This document shows, piece by piece, positions 34,967-43,853 of a DNA stretch of 44,176 nt. Positions within the stretch are counted from its first letter, which is position 1. Every line of letters begins with the position of its first letter. This stretch comes from Tannerella sp. (GTDB lineage Bacteria; Bacteroidota; Bacteroidia; Bacteroidales; Tannerellaceae). Made by a program: the position numbers and the translations under genes. Location: the NCBI GenBank assembly GCA_031266995.1, contig JAIRZY010000152.1:1-44176 (forward strand), written 5' to 3'. The notes under the pieces are model-generated. The model saw only the letters and a program-made list of their open reading frames with translations, made no database searches and was not told the DNA's origin.

Positions 34967-37728
34967 CAATACCATGCCTGTCCCCCGCGCAGGCTGCTGC
35001 TTTGCTGGTATTTCAGGTCTTTGAGGAGGGAGGAGTTGACGGCGATGGAGAACATGTAGGACTTGCGGTATCCGATGGGGATGATGCTGGCCGACATGCG
35101 GAAGCAGTGCAGGTCGCGCGTGACGTTGCAGGTCATGTACGACAGTTTCTTCTGGTCGAAGTCGTAGGTGGCGTTGAAGCTGATGTTCCATTTCTGCGTC
35201 GGCTGCACGTTGCCGTTGAAGCTCAGCGCGTGCGTCAGCCGGTAGCGGTATTCCCGTATGTCGGGATCAAACTCGCCGTAGCTCAGGCCGATGTTGTAGT
35301 TGAAGGAGAAGCTCCACGGCACGCGCGCCATGTAGTATCCGTCGGCGTCGTATTCGCCCGCCGTGCCGTGCCGCTGTTCGCGCAGCCGCGTGCCGGTGGC
35401 GACGCCTTCGGCGGACGGGTCTGATGCGTCGTCGGCGGCCGCGTCTTCCGGTTCGCCCGTTCGCCGGGCGTCCGGCGCCGGGGAGGAGGAGGCGCCGCCA
35501 AAGAGTTTTTTGAACGTGTCGTTGTTCAGCGTATACGAGAAGCTGGTGCTCGTGCCCCGCAGCCGTCCGAAACCTTTCCCGCGCTGCGTCCAGCGGGGCT
35601 TGTCGATGCGGTTGCCCTTTTCGTCGTAGAGGTAGGTGTCGAAGGTGCCGGCGAGGTTTACCGAGTAGCTTTTGGAGAGCTTCAGTCGTATGGCGGCGCG
35701 CGAATCGCTCCACCGGAACGACTTGGCGGCCATGTTGTAGCTGATGCCGAACGAGAGGTTGTCGATGAGCGATATTTTCGCCACGCCCGTCGAGTCGCGG
35801 TTCGAGCGCACCTTGGCTTCGACGTTGTTGTCGAGGCTGAAGGAGACGCTTCCCTGCTCGCCCTGCCCCGGGACGCCGAAGAGCTGCCCGGCGTAGGGCG
35901 AGTAGGTGCCGTAGACCGTCTGCCCGTCGCGGTTGACGTATTCGTACTGCTGCCAGAAGCCGTAGCGCGGGTCGCCGAAGTCGGGCGTGTAGTTGAGCGA
36001 GACGGACGGCTCCATGCGGTGGCGTATCTGCTGCACCCGGTCGCCGAAGATGCGCCAGGGCGTGAAGGTGCCGTAGAGGGTGGTCGAGGCGGAGACGGAC
36101 ATGCCGTAGTCGTACACGCGGTGGAAGCCGTATGTCGTGTCGACGGGCGCGAGGCGGTTTTGCGCCGTGTCGTACTGCTGGACGACGCGGTTCGTGTACC
36201 ATCGCTCGTGATACCTGAACGAGGGCGAGATGTTCAGATACCCGAAGGCGGTGTAGGTGGCGCTGACGGGGATGTTGTGATCCATCGCGTTCTTCCAGTC
36301 GCGGACGAGGTTCTTGCTGAACAGTTCGCGCTCGCTGGCGGTGATGCTGTTCTGGAGGCTTCCGTTGTAGCTCATCGAGATTTTTTCGTACCAGCGTTCT
36401 TTCCCGATGGCGTTTTTGCGCTTGAAGGGGAAGACGCGGCTCAGCGTGAGCGCCAGGTTGGGGAGGGAGACGTAGACGGACGAATCGCTGGAGCGCGTGT
36501 TGACGTTCATCGTGGCCGACATGCTGAACGGGCTGTTCGGGAAGCGCTGGCTGATGCTGACGCTCGAGCCTTTGTTGTTTTCCGTCGACGTGGGCGAGTA
36601 GCGGTCCTTGATCTGGTTGCGGTCGTACTGGTTGGTCGAGATGTTGACGCTGGCCGAGACCGTGCGATACGGGTTGGCCTTGGGGTCCTGCGTATGCGTC
36701 AGGTTTATCTTGAACGATTTCGACTTCTGGTAGTCATCGAATCCCTTTTCGCCCCAGACGGTTTCCTGATACGAGAAGGCGAGATTGCCCGAATACTTGT
36801 AGCGCTTGCGGTACGACGAGCGCGCGTTTACGCCCCACGATCCTTTGGTGTATACCTCGCCCGTCAGCGCGAGGTCGACGTGGTCGCTCAGGGCGAAGTA
36901 GTATCCGCCGTCGCGCAGGTAGAAGCCCTGCAGCATCTCGTCGCCGTAGGTGGGCATGATGACGCCCGACGAATAGGTGCTCGAGAAGGGGAAAAACGCG
37001 AAGGGCAGCCCGAGGGGCAGGGGCACGTCTTCGATGACGAGGTAGACGGGGCCGGAGACGATGTCCTTGCCCGGACGCACCTTGAACTTCGAGAGCTTGA
37101 TGTAGAAATGCGGATGGTCGTGCTCGTCGCAGGTCGTATACATGCCGTCGTACATGTTCATCGAGTTGTCCGCCATCTTCTTCGTCTCGCCCGCCGTCAG
37201 GAAGCCCTCGCCCTGCTGCGTGAGGCTCTCGCGGGCATACGCCTTGCGCGTCCTGAAGTTGTAGCGTATCGCCTTGGATTCGACCTGCTGCTCGCCGTTG
37301 ATGAAGACCGGATAGCCGAACTCGCGCCCCGTCGAGTCCGTCCCGTACGTGGCAAAGACGTTGCTGCTGTCCACGCTCATCCTGATCTGTTCGGACTGCA
37401 GTTGAATCTGCTGGTACTTCACGTCGCCATCGCCGAAAAGGTAGGCCACGTTGCCGGCCAGGAACACCATTGAATCTCTGGATTTATATTCGACCGCCGC
37501 CTCGAGCGCGCTCTTCGCCACCTCGACGGTGTCGGCGGCCGCAGCCGTCGTGTCCGCCCCGGCGACGTCCGGCGACAGCGCACGGCGCAGCGTATCCGGT
37601 GCCTGCGACACGGCCGGCGACGACGCGCTGCTTGCCGGAGGATCTGCATCCTGCGCCTGCATGTCGCCAATTCCCCAGAGGAAAAGGAGCAGGACGGCGA
37701 CCGGCATGACTTTTGGTCTCGAAAACAT
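34966..37728 (-). CDS. lptD: LPS assembly protein LptD (Bacteroidetes type)
   Basis: YTTCDEHDHPHFYI, GPVYLVIEDVPLP, GFYLRDGGYYFA and RDLHCF...LLKDLKY motifs. Confidence 0.9.
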   Translation of the reverse strand: MFSRPKVMPVAVLLLFLWGIGDMQAQDADPPASSASSPAVSQAPDTLRRALSPDVAGADTTAAAADTVEVAKSALEAAVEYKSRDSMVFLAGNVAYLFGDGDVKYQQIQLQSEQIRMSVDSSNVFATYGTDSTGREFGYPVFINGEQQVESKAIRYNFRTRKAYARESLTQQGEGFLTAGETKKMADNSMNMYDGMYTTCDEHDHPHFYIKLSKFKVRPGKDIVSGPVYLVIEDVPLPLGLPFAFFPFSSTYSSGVIMPTYGDEMLQGFYLRDGGYYFALSDHVDLALTGEVYTKGSWGVNARSSYRKRYKYSGNLAFSYQETVWGEKGFDDYQKSKSFKINLTHTQDPKANPYRTVSASVNISTNQYDRNQIKDRYSPTSTENNKGSSVSISQRFPNSPFSMSATMNVNTRSSDSSVYVSLPNLALTLSRVFPFKRKNAIGKERWYEKISMSYNGSLQNSITASERELFSKNLVRDWKNAMDHNIPVSATYTAFGYLNISPSFRYHERWYTNRVVQQYDTAQNRLAPVDTTYGFHRVYDYGMSVSASTTLYGTFTPWRIFGDRVQQIRHRMEPSVSLNYTPDFGDPRYGFWQQYEYVNRDGQTVYGTYSPYAGQLFGVPGQGEQGSVSFSLDNNVEAKVRSNRDSTGVAKISLIDNLSFGISYNMAAKSFRWSDSRAAIRLKLSKSYSVNLAGTFDTYLYDEKGNRIDKPRWTQRGKGFGRLRGTSTSFSYTLNNDTFKKLFGGASSSPAPDARRTGEPEDAAADDASDPSAEGVATGTRLREQRHGTAGEYDADGYYMARVPWSFSFNYNIGLSYGEFDPDIREYRYRLTHALSFNGNVQPTQKWNISFNATYDFDQKKLSYMTCNVTRDLHCFRMSASIIPIGYRKSYMFSIAVNSSLLKDLKYQQSSSLRGGQAWY

Positions 37729-37751
37729 GCTTTCAGTCTGAATATTCGCCG

Positions 37752-37759
37752 CAAAAATA
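37752..37759 (-). promoter_or_regulatory. -7 box TATTTTTG for lptD
   Basis: TAnnTTTG(CG) about 24 nt upstream of the ATG. Confidence 0.5.
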
Positions 37760-37785
37760 AAACAAATTCGTGAAGCCGCCGCGTT

Positions 37786-38328
37786 TTATCCTTCTAAAAA
37801 GCGTTTATGCCACTCGTCGAAGCGCCTGACGTCGCGCTCGCCATGCCGGGCGAGGCTCTGCCGCACGCGGTCGGCCGACTTCTCTTCGCCGAGCTTCGTC
37901 TTGCTGAAAAACTTGTCGGCGAAGCATATCAGCTGCTCTTCGTCCGACTGCGGACGCATGTCGCGACAGGGCACGGGCAGGAGGCCGCCGTCGATCATCT
38001 CTGCCGACAGCCCCGTGCCCGTATGCCGCTCGCATACCAGCGCGTGCCGCGGCAGGCCTTCGCGGCGCAGCAGCTCCGCCCCCAGATAGCCGTGGCAGAT
38101 ATACGGAAACGTGCCGTGGCAGTCGATCTCGGGCGCATGGCAGAGGAAGATGCCGATGTCGTGCAGCATCGCGGCCTCTTCAAGAAAGGCGAGGTCGAGA
38201 TGCATCTCCGGATGCGCGCGGGCGATCGACAGGGCTTTGTCCGCCACGCTCCGGCTGTGCTGCTCCAGTATGCGGCGGGCTGCCGAGCCGGCGGCGTAGT
38301 ATTTGGCGATTAGCTGCAGAGGATCCAT
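37786..38328 (-). CDS. HD/HDIG domain phosphohydrolase
   Basis: HSRSVA, AMLHDIG, HGYLGA, HTGTG and ICFADKFFSK motifs. Confidence 0.9.
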   Translation of the reverse strand: MDPLQLIAKYYAAGSAARRILEQHSRSVADKALSIARAHPEMHLDLAFLEEAAMLHDIGIFLCHAPEIDCHGTFPYICHGYLGAELLRREGLPRHALVCERHTGTGLSAEMIDGGLLPVPCRDMRPQSDEEQLICFADKFFSKTKLGEEKSADRVRQSLARHGERDVRRFDEWHKRFLEG

Positions 38329-38339
38329 CTTTTTTATTG

Positions 38340-38347
38340 CAAAGATA
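38340..38347 (-). promoter_or_regulatory. -7 box TATCTTTG for the HD protein
   Basis: TAnnTTTG(CA) about 12 nt upstream of ATG 38328. Confidence 0.55.
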
Positions 38348-38422
38348 ATGATAATTCGAAGATTCCATGATTCAACGATTCGGGATTTGGGGAGTATTGG
38401 TCTGCTTTCATTGAAAAATGTC

Positions 38423-38583
38423 GAGGCTGTCTCAAAAGTATTTTAGCACACAGATCACACAGATTGAATGGATAAACACAGATTATAATCTATGGATTAC
38501 TGGTATACTAAAAAATACATTTTATTATCTATCTGCGAAAATCTGTCTAATCCGCGTCATCTGCGTGCTTTTGAGACAACCTC
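38423..38583. mobile_element. MITE-like element with 16-bp terminal inverted repeats
   Basis: GAGGCTGTCTCAAAAG ... CTTTTGAGACAACCTC (1 mismatch), flanked on both sides by GTC (possible 3-bp target duplication). Confidence 0.65.
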
Positions 38584-38604
38584 GTCGCAATACAGATAGA
38601 TTAT

Positions 38605-38752
38605 GAGCAGAATCATTGATTCCGGTCTCATGACATTTGTCACAGGAGCAGAATCAATGATTCCGGTCGCACATCAAATGAAATGCGAATAGAATCATTG
38701 ATTCCAGTCGTACATCAAGTGAAATGCGAATAGAATCATTGATTCCAGCCGC
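38605..38752. repeat. 41-bp-period array of 4 palindromic cores GAATCAnTGATTC
   Basis: AGAATCA at 38609, 38650, 38691 and 38732. Confidence 0.9.
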
Positions 38753-38784
38753 AATCTTAAATTTTGAATTTTGAATCTTGAATC
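38753..38784. repeat. Heptamer tract abutting the MATE stop codon
   Basis: TCTTAAA TTTTGAA TTTTGAA TCTTGAA. Confidence 0.75.
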
Positions 38785-40105
38785 AAACCCTCTTGTCTCC
38801 CCACGAAGCGAAGCGGAAATAAAGCAAGCTCCCGGCAAGCAACCCGGCAAAATAGACCGGCTCGACGACGAAACAGGCATGCACGGGCAGGTGCAGACGC
38901 ATGCCGGCGAAGTAAAGATACAGGACATAGGCGACCAGGACGACGATCTCGACCGCAAAAGCCGGACGCGTATTGCCCGTGCCCGAAAGCGCATTGAAGA
39001 CGACGCTCGCTACCGAGGCGATGAGCGCCGCCCCGACGATCACCCGCAGCGAAGCGACGGAATCGGCGATCAGCGACGCGTCGTTCGTATAGACGTGGAG
39101 GACGGCCTGCGGAAACAGTCCCGGCACGACACAGAAGACGAGCATCACGCCCAGCGACACGAGCGCAATCCGGCGGACGAGCGGGATGACCTCGCGGACG
39201 CGACCGGCGCCGATCGTGTTGCTCACCAGCGTGTTTGCGGTAGTGGCAAACGCATTGGCGGGGATAAACATCACGATGTACAGGCTGCGCACGATGTTGG
39301 CCACCGCCAGCGCCCGCAGTCCGAGCCGCTCGACGACGATGAAAAACAGGAAAAACGTGCTCATCGAAAAGAAATGCTGCAGCATCATGAAGATGGAAAT
39401 GTGGAGGACGCGCTTCATCAGCCCGAAGTCGAACGAGCGCGGCCATCGCAGGCCGTACCGCCGGCGGTCGACGGTCAGCCACGTGTATACCACGAAAAAC
39501 ACGATCGAGACGCCCTCGGCGATGACCGACGCCAGCGCCGCACCCTCGACGCCCATCCGCGGGAAACCGCCGTGACCGAAGATCAGCAGCCAGTCCAGCA
39601 CCACGTTGGTCAGCGCCATCAGCAGGGCGTTAAACGTAAGCGCCTTCGTCCGCGTGATGCCGACGAAGAATGCGCGAAACATCACGTTGACAAACGAAAA
39701 GAAAAAACCGTACACGCGTATGTTCAGAAAATCCATCGTCGCCTCCAGCACGACGTCCGACGAAATCATCCACCGCATCAGCCCGCCGCCCGCCACGCGG
39801 GTGAAGGCAAACAGCAGCGCCGCAAGCACGAAAAGAAACATGATCCCCTGAAACAGCACCGGCCCCACGGCCGCATACTGCCGCTCGCCGTTGCGCCTCC
39901 CGATGACGATCTGCGAACCCGTACTGAAGCCGAACGCAATCGTGAAGGCGCAGATGTAGTACAGCCCGCCCATCGCCGACGCGCCCAGCTCTACCTCACC
40001 CACGCGACCCAGAAAAGCCGTGTCGGTCACGTTGATGATATTCTGCGCCAGCAAACTCAGGAAAACCGGAGAAGCGACCGTCAGTATGTCTCTGCTCTTA
40101 TACAT
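38783..40105 (-). CDS. MATE family efflux transporter
   Basis: INVTDTAFLGRVG, NVVLDWLLIFG..G.P.MGVEGAALAS motifs; about 12 TM helices; start ATG 40105. Confidence 0.92.
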   Translation of the reverse strand: MYKSRDILTVASPVFLSLLAQNIINVTDTAFLGRVGEVELGASAMGGLYYICAFTIAFGFSTGSQIVIGRRNGERQYAAVGPVLFQGIMFLFVLAALLFAFTRVAGGGLMRWMISSDVVLEATMDFLNIRVYGFFFSFVNVMFRAFFVGITRTKALTFNALLMALTNVVLDWLLIFGHGGFPRMGVEGAALASVIAEGVSIVFFVVYTWLTVDRRRYGLRWPRSFDFGLMKRVLHISIFMMLQHFFSMSTFFLFFIVVERLGLRALAVANIVRSLYIVMFIPANAFATTANTLVSNTIGAGRVREVIPLVRRIALVSLGVMLVFCVVPGLFPQAVLHVYTNDASLIADSVASLRVIVGAALIASVASVVFNALSGTGNTRPAFAVEIVVLVAYVLYLYFAGMRLHLPVHACFVVEPVYFAGLLAGSLLYFRFASWGDKRV

Positions 40106-40173
40106 TACAATAATAATACAATGCTGCTTTCGGTGAAACGCCGCTCTCTCCGGCAATCACCCGCCCGCGTGCG

Positions 40174-40551
40174 TCACTCGTCGCGGCGAGGGTCTGCCGC
40201 CGGTTTCAGCCGGTTGGTGGCCGTGTCGGGGAAGACGACGGCCGGGCGGAACGTCCGCGCCTCCTCGCTGTCGATCTGGGCATACGAGAGGATGATGACG
40301 ACGTCGCCGGGCTGCACGCGCCGCGCCGCCGCACCGTTCAGGCAGATCGTGCCCGAACCGCGCCCGCCCCTGATGACGTACGTCTCGAAACGCTCGCCAT
40401 TATTGTTGTTCAGCACGTGCACTTTCTCGTATTCAATCAGATTGGCGGCTTCCATCAGATCCGCGTCAATCGTAATGCTTCCGATATAGTTCAGGTTCGC
40501 ATCCGTCACCGTGACGCGATGAATTTTCGATTTCAGGACTTCGATATACAT
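40174..40551 (-). CDS. panD: Aspartate 1-decarboxylase
   Basis: [15 protein letters not shown] (Gly-Ser cleavage site), NGERFETY and LNGAAAR motifs. Confidence 0.96.
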   Translation of the reverse strand: MYIEVLKSKIHRVTVTDANLNYIGSITIDADLMEAANLIEYEKVHVLNNNNGERFETYVIRGGRGSGTICLNGAAARRVQPGDVVIILSYAQIDSEEARTFRPAVVFPDTATNRLKPAADPRRDE

Positions 40552-40562
40552 TCTTATATAAT

Positions 40563-41414
40563 TTACAATCCCTGCCCGTACCGCACGTTGTCTATCAGCC
40601 GCACCCCGCCGCAATACACGGCGATGCATCCGACGACGTCGTCCGACTCATTCCAGTCGCGGACCGGCAGGAGCGTTTTCGCATCTGCAATTTCGTAATA
40701 TTCCACGCGCAGCGGAGGCGTCCCGTTCAGCGTCTCCACCACCCGGGCGGCAACCTCTTCCACGCTCATTCCGGACGCAAATGTACGACTTTCTTTTAAC
40801 GTGGCGGCAATCAGCGGCGCAATTCGACGCTCTTCGGGCGTCAGGCGCACGTTGCGGCTGCTCATGGCCAGTCCGTCAGGCTCGCGAAGCGTCGGACACG
40901 CCACGATACGCACCGGCAGGCCCAACTGCCGCACCATCTCGCGGACGACGGCGACCTGCTGGAAATCCTTCTCGCCGAAATACGCGCTCTGCGGCTCGAC
41001 AATCCCGAACAGGCGGCTGACGACCTGCGCCACGCCGTTGAAATGCCCCGGACGGAAAGCCCCTTCCATCACCCGCGCCACCGCCCCGAGGTCGAACACG
41101 CGCCGGTCCGGCTCGGGATACATCTCTCCAACCGACGGTACGAACGCGAAGTCACAGCCCGCCTGCCCGAGCCGCAGGCAGTCCCGCTCCGGCGTCCGCG
41201 GATACATCTCCAGATCGCGCGCGTCGTTAAACTGCGTCGGATTCACGAAAATACTGGCCACGCACACGTCGTTTTCCGTCACGCACGCGCGCACCAGGCT
41301 CAGATGCCCGTCGTGCAGCGCGCCCATCGTCGGGACGAAACCGATTCGCCGGCCCTGCCGCCGCTCCGCAGCAAGAAATCGCTTCAAATCATCTGTCGAA
41401 TCAACTGTCTTCAT
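40563..41414 (-). CDS. panC: Pantoate--beta-alanine ligase
   Basis: [45 protein letters not shown] and RLIDN motifs. Confidence 0.96.
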   Translation of the reverse strand: MKTVDSTDDLKRFLAAERRQGRRIGFVPTMGALHDGHLSLVRACVTENDVCVASIFVNPTQFNDARDLEMYPRTPERDCLRLGQAGCDFAFVPSVGEMYPEPDRRVFDLGAVARVMEGAFRPGHFNGVAQVVSRLFGIVEPQSAYFGEKDFQQVAVVREMVRQLGLPVRIVACPTLREPDGLAMSSRNVRLTPEERRIAPLIAATLKESRTFASGMSVEEVAARVVETLNGTPPLRVEYYEIADAKTLLPVRDWNESDDVVGCIAVYCGGVRLIDNVRYGQGL

Positions 41415-41523
41415 TATGCTCCCGCTTTATCCGTATCTACCAAAATCGACTGCAAAGCAACAAAATAAATCAATACAAAGACATGACCGAAGATGTTAAT
41501 TATCTTTATAAAGAAACAAACAC

Positions 41524-41556
41524 TTTGAGAATTAAAACTTATTTTTAGTATCTTTG
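41524..41556 (+). promoter_or_regulatory. Bacteroidetes sigma-A promoter (-33 TTTG, -7 TATCTTTG)
   Basis: TTTG at 41524-41527, 21-bp spacer, TATCTTTG at 41549-41556. Confidence 0.7.
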
Positions 41557-41583
41557 TAGTCGATTTACATATCAGTCAAAAGA

Positions 41584-42399
41584 ATGGATGCTAAAAAGAT
41601 TTTATTCATAACGCAGGAAATCTCACCATATTCACCGGACTCCGAAATTGCCATTATATGCCGGGATCTCCCTCACGGCATACAGGATCATGGAAGAGAA
41701 ATCAGGACATTCATGCCGAAATACGGCTGTATCAACGAGCGGCGTAACCAGTTGCACGAAGTCATCCGGCTATCGGGCATGAACCTGATTATCGACGACA
41801 CCGACCATCCCCTGATCATCAAGGTAGCATCGATTCAGTCGGCGCGTATGCAGGTCTATTTTATTGACAACGAAGATTTCTTCCTTCGTAAAGCCACGAT
41901 TGCGGACGAGGAGGGAAATGAATTTGAAGACAACGACGAGCGCGCCATCTTCTTCGTGCGCGGCGTCTTCGAGACCATCAAGAAACTGCGCTGGATTCCC
42001 GACGTGATCCACTGCCACGGCTGGCTCACCGCGCTTACGCCTCTCTACCTGAAACGAATGTATATCGACGAATCGCGCCTTGTGAACACGAAGGTCATCT
42101 ATTCCATCTATAACGACGCCTTCAGCAACCCGCTCCGAAACGAATTTACCGGCAAGCTGATACAGGACGGCGCAACGAAGGACGACATGCGCATCCTCGA
42201 GACGCCCGACCACCGGTCGCTCACGAAGCTGGCCGTACAGTTTTCCGACGCCGTGATTCAGGGCAGCCCCCAGATCGACGGCGAAGCGCTGCAGTTCATC
42301 TCCCAGTCGGGGAAAACGTTCCTCCCCTATCAGACTACGGACAATTACATCGACTCATACAACGAACTATATGAATCTCTCATCAATTCTAAAGAATAA
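41584..42399 (+). CDS. Glycogen/starch synthase N-terminal-domain-only protein (Glyco_transf_5)
   Basis: KKILFITQEI.PY, RTFMPKYG, DNDERAIFF and PDVIHCHGW motifs; only 271 aa. Confidence 0.85.
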   Translation: MDAKKILFITQEISPYSPDSEIAIICRDLPHGIQDHGREIRTFMPKYGCINERRNQLHEVIRLSGMNLIIDDTDHPLIIKVASIQSARMQVYFIDNEDFFLRKATIADEEGNEFEDNDERAIFFVRGVFETIKKLRWIPDVIHCHGWLTALTPLYLKRMYIDESRLVNTKVIYSIYNDAFSNPLRNEFTGKLIQDGATKDDMRILETPDHRSLTKLAVQFSDAVIQGSPQIDGEALQFISQSGKTFLPYQTTDNYIDSYNELYESLINSKE

Positions 42400-42403
42400 A
42401 AAA

Positions 42404-43792
42404 ATGAATATCAGACAATATATGAAATATATGGCGGCCGTCACCGGCCTGGGATGCATCCTGTCGTTCGCCGCCTGCGACGATGGCGTCGTGAACCCGG
42501 TGGGGACTAAAATTCTGCCCGACGAAGACAGGATTACGGTATACGCGGATACGTTCCGGATCGCGGCCTCGACCGTGAAGTACGATTCGCTCTACGCCCG
42601 CAGCAGCAGCAGTTTCCTCGGCGAATTTTACGACCCGCTCTACGGACGCCTGAAATCGGACTATATCTGCCAGTTCTACTGCAAGGAAGATTTTCGCTTC
42701 TCCCACACGCCCGACGACGGACGGATCGATTCCGTGTCGCTGTACATCTCGTACGGCGACTGGAAAGGCGACCCGGCCATACCCATGCAGATGACGGTCT
42801 ATCCCGTCACGCAGCAACTGACGAAAAATTTCTACACCAACGTCGATCCGACGGTCTACTGCGACATGCAGCATCCGGTCGCATCGCAGGCCTATTCGGC
42901 GCAGGGCGGAATATACGACTCCACGTATGAGGTGTGGACACACGCCCTGCCGCTTCCCGTCGAATGGGGGCAGAAGGTATACGACGAGACGGTCGGCAAC
43001 CCGTCGTCGTTCAGCAATCAGGAAGCGTTCAACCACTTCTTCCCTGGCTTCTACATCACGACCGGCTACGGCAGCGGCAACATGCTCTACGTGTTCGAAA
43101 CGAAGATAATCATCTATTCCCACTATACGCTGCAAAGCAGCACGGATACGGATTCCGTCGTCTACGCGCAGGACCTGTTCAACGTCAGCAAGGACGTGAT
43201 TCAGTTGAACAGTTTCCAGAGCACGAACACGGAACAGTTGCTCGCCGACAACGCCGACTACACGTACCTCAAGACGCCGGCGGGTATCTTTACGCGCCTC
43301 GTCGTCCCTGCAGCCGAGATCAGGCACATAATCGAAAGCCGCATCGTCAACTACGTGTCGGTAAACCTGAAATACATGCCGCAGGAAGACTGGCAGTACG
43401 CGATGCTGCCGCCGCCCTACCTGCTGCTGATTCCCGAAGATTCGATCGCCACGTTCTTCGAAAACAGGAACATCGAGAACAGCGTCACATCGTATCTCTC
43501 GAACTATTCCAGCTCGAGTACGGTTGGATACAACGAATCGGGGCGTGTCTATCCCTTTCCCAACATGGCCAACCTGCTGACTTATCACATTGCCCTTCAT
43601 CCGGACGAAGACCTGCGGATGCTGGCCATTCCCGTCAGCCGCGGTACCAGTGCCTCGTCGGACTACTCGGGTAACACCACTTACTACACCACTTCGCTCA
43701 GTCACTATCTCGCGCCCTCGGGCCTGAAGATTCGCAAGGATGGAGATAACATGAATATGGTCGTTATATCAAGTCTGCTGAGAAACAGATAA
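42404..43792 (+). CDS. DUF4270 family lipoprotein
   Basis: Lipobox FAAC followed by DD; LGEFYDPLYG.LKSDYICQF, FFPGFYITTGYGSG and YLKTPAGIFT motifs. Confidence 0.8.
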   Translation: MNIRQYMKYMAAVTGLGCILSFAACDDGVVNPVGTKILPDEDRITVYADTFRIAASTVKYDSLYARSSSSFLGEFYDPLYGRLKSDYICQFYCKEDFRFSHTPDDGRIDSVSLYISYGDWKGDPAIPMQMTVYPVTQQLTKNFYTNVDPTVYCDMQHPVASQAYSAQGGIYDSTYEVWTHALPLPVEWGQKVYDETVGNPSSFSNQEAFNHFFPGFYITTGYGSGNMLYVFETKIIIYSHYTLQSSTDTDSVVYAQDLFNVSKDVIQLNSFQSTNTEQLLADNADYTYLKTPAGIFTRLVVPAAEIRHIIESRIVNYVSVNLKYMPQEDWQYAMLPPPYLLLIPEDSIATFFENRNIENSVTSYLSNYSSSSTVGYNESGRVYPFPNMANLLTYHIALHPDEDLRMLAIPVSRGTSASSDYSGNTTYYTTSLSHYLAPSGLKIRKDGDNMNMVVISSLLRNR

Positions 43793-43853
43793 TCTTTCAT
43801 TCCCTACCCGGAAAACAGAGGATTGTAACCGGTAACTGAAAAATAAAGCAGCC

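Noticed and set aside
36019-37473. 484-aa plus-strand ORF
   Set aside because: Antisense shadow of lptD
38771-40489. 572-aa plus-strand ORF
   Set aside because: Antisense shadow of the MATE and panD genes in GC-rich DNA; Arg/His-rich composition with no motifs
42389-43705. 438-aa minus-strand ORF
   Set aside because: Antisense shadow of the DUF4270 gene
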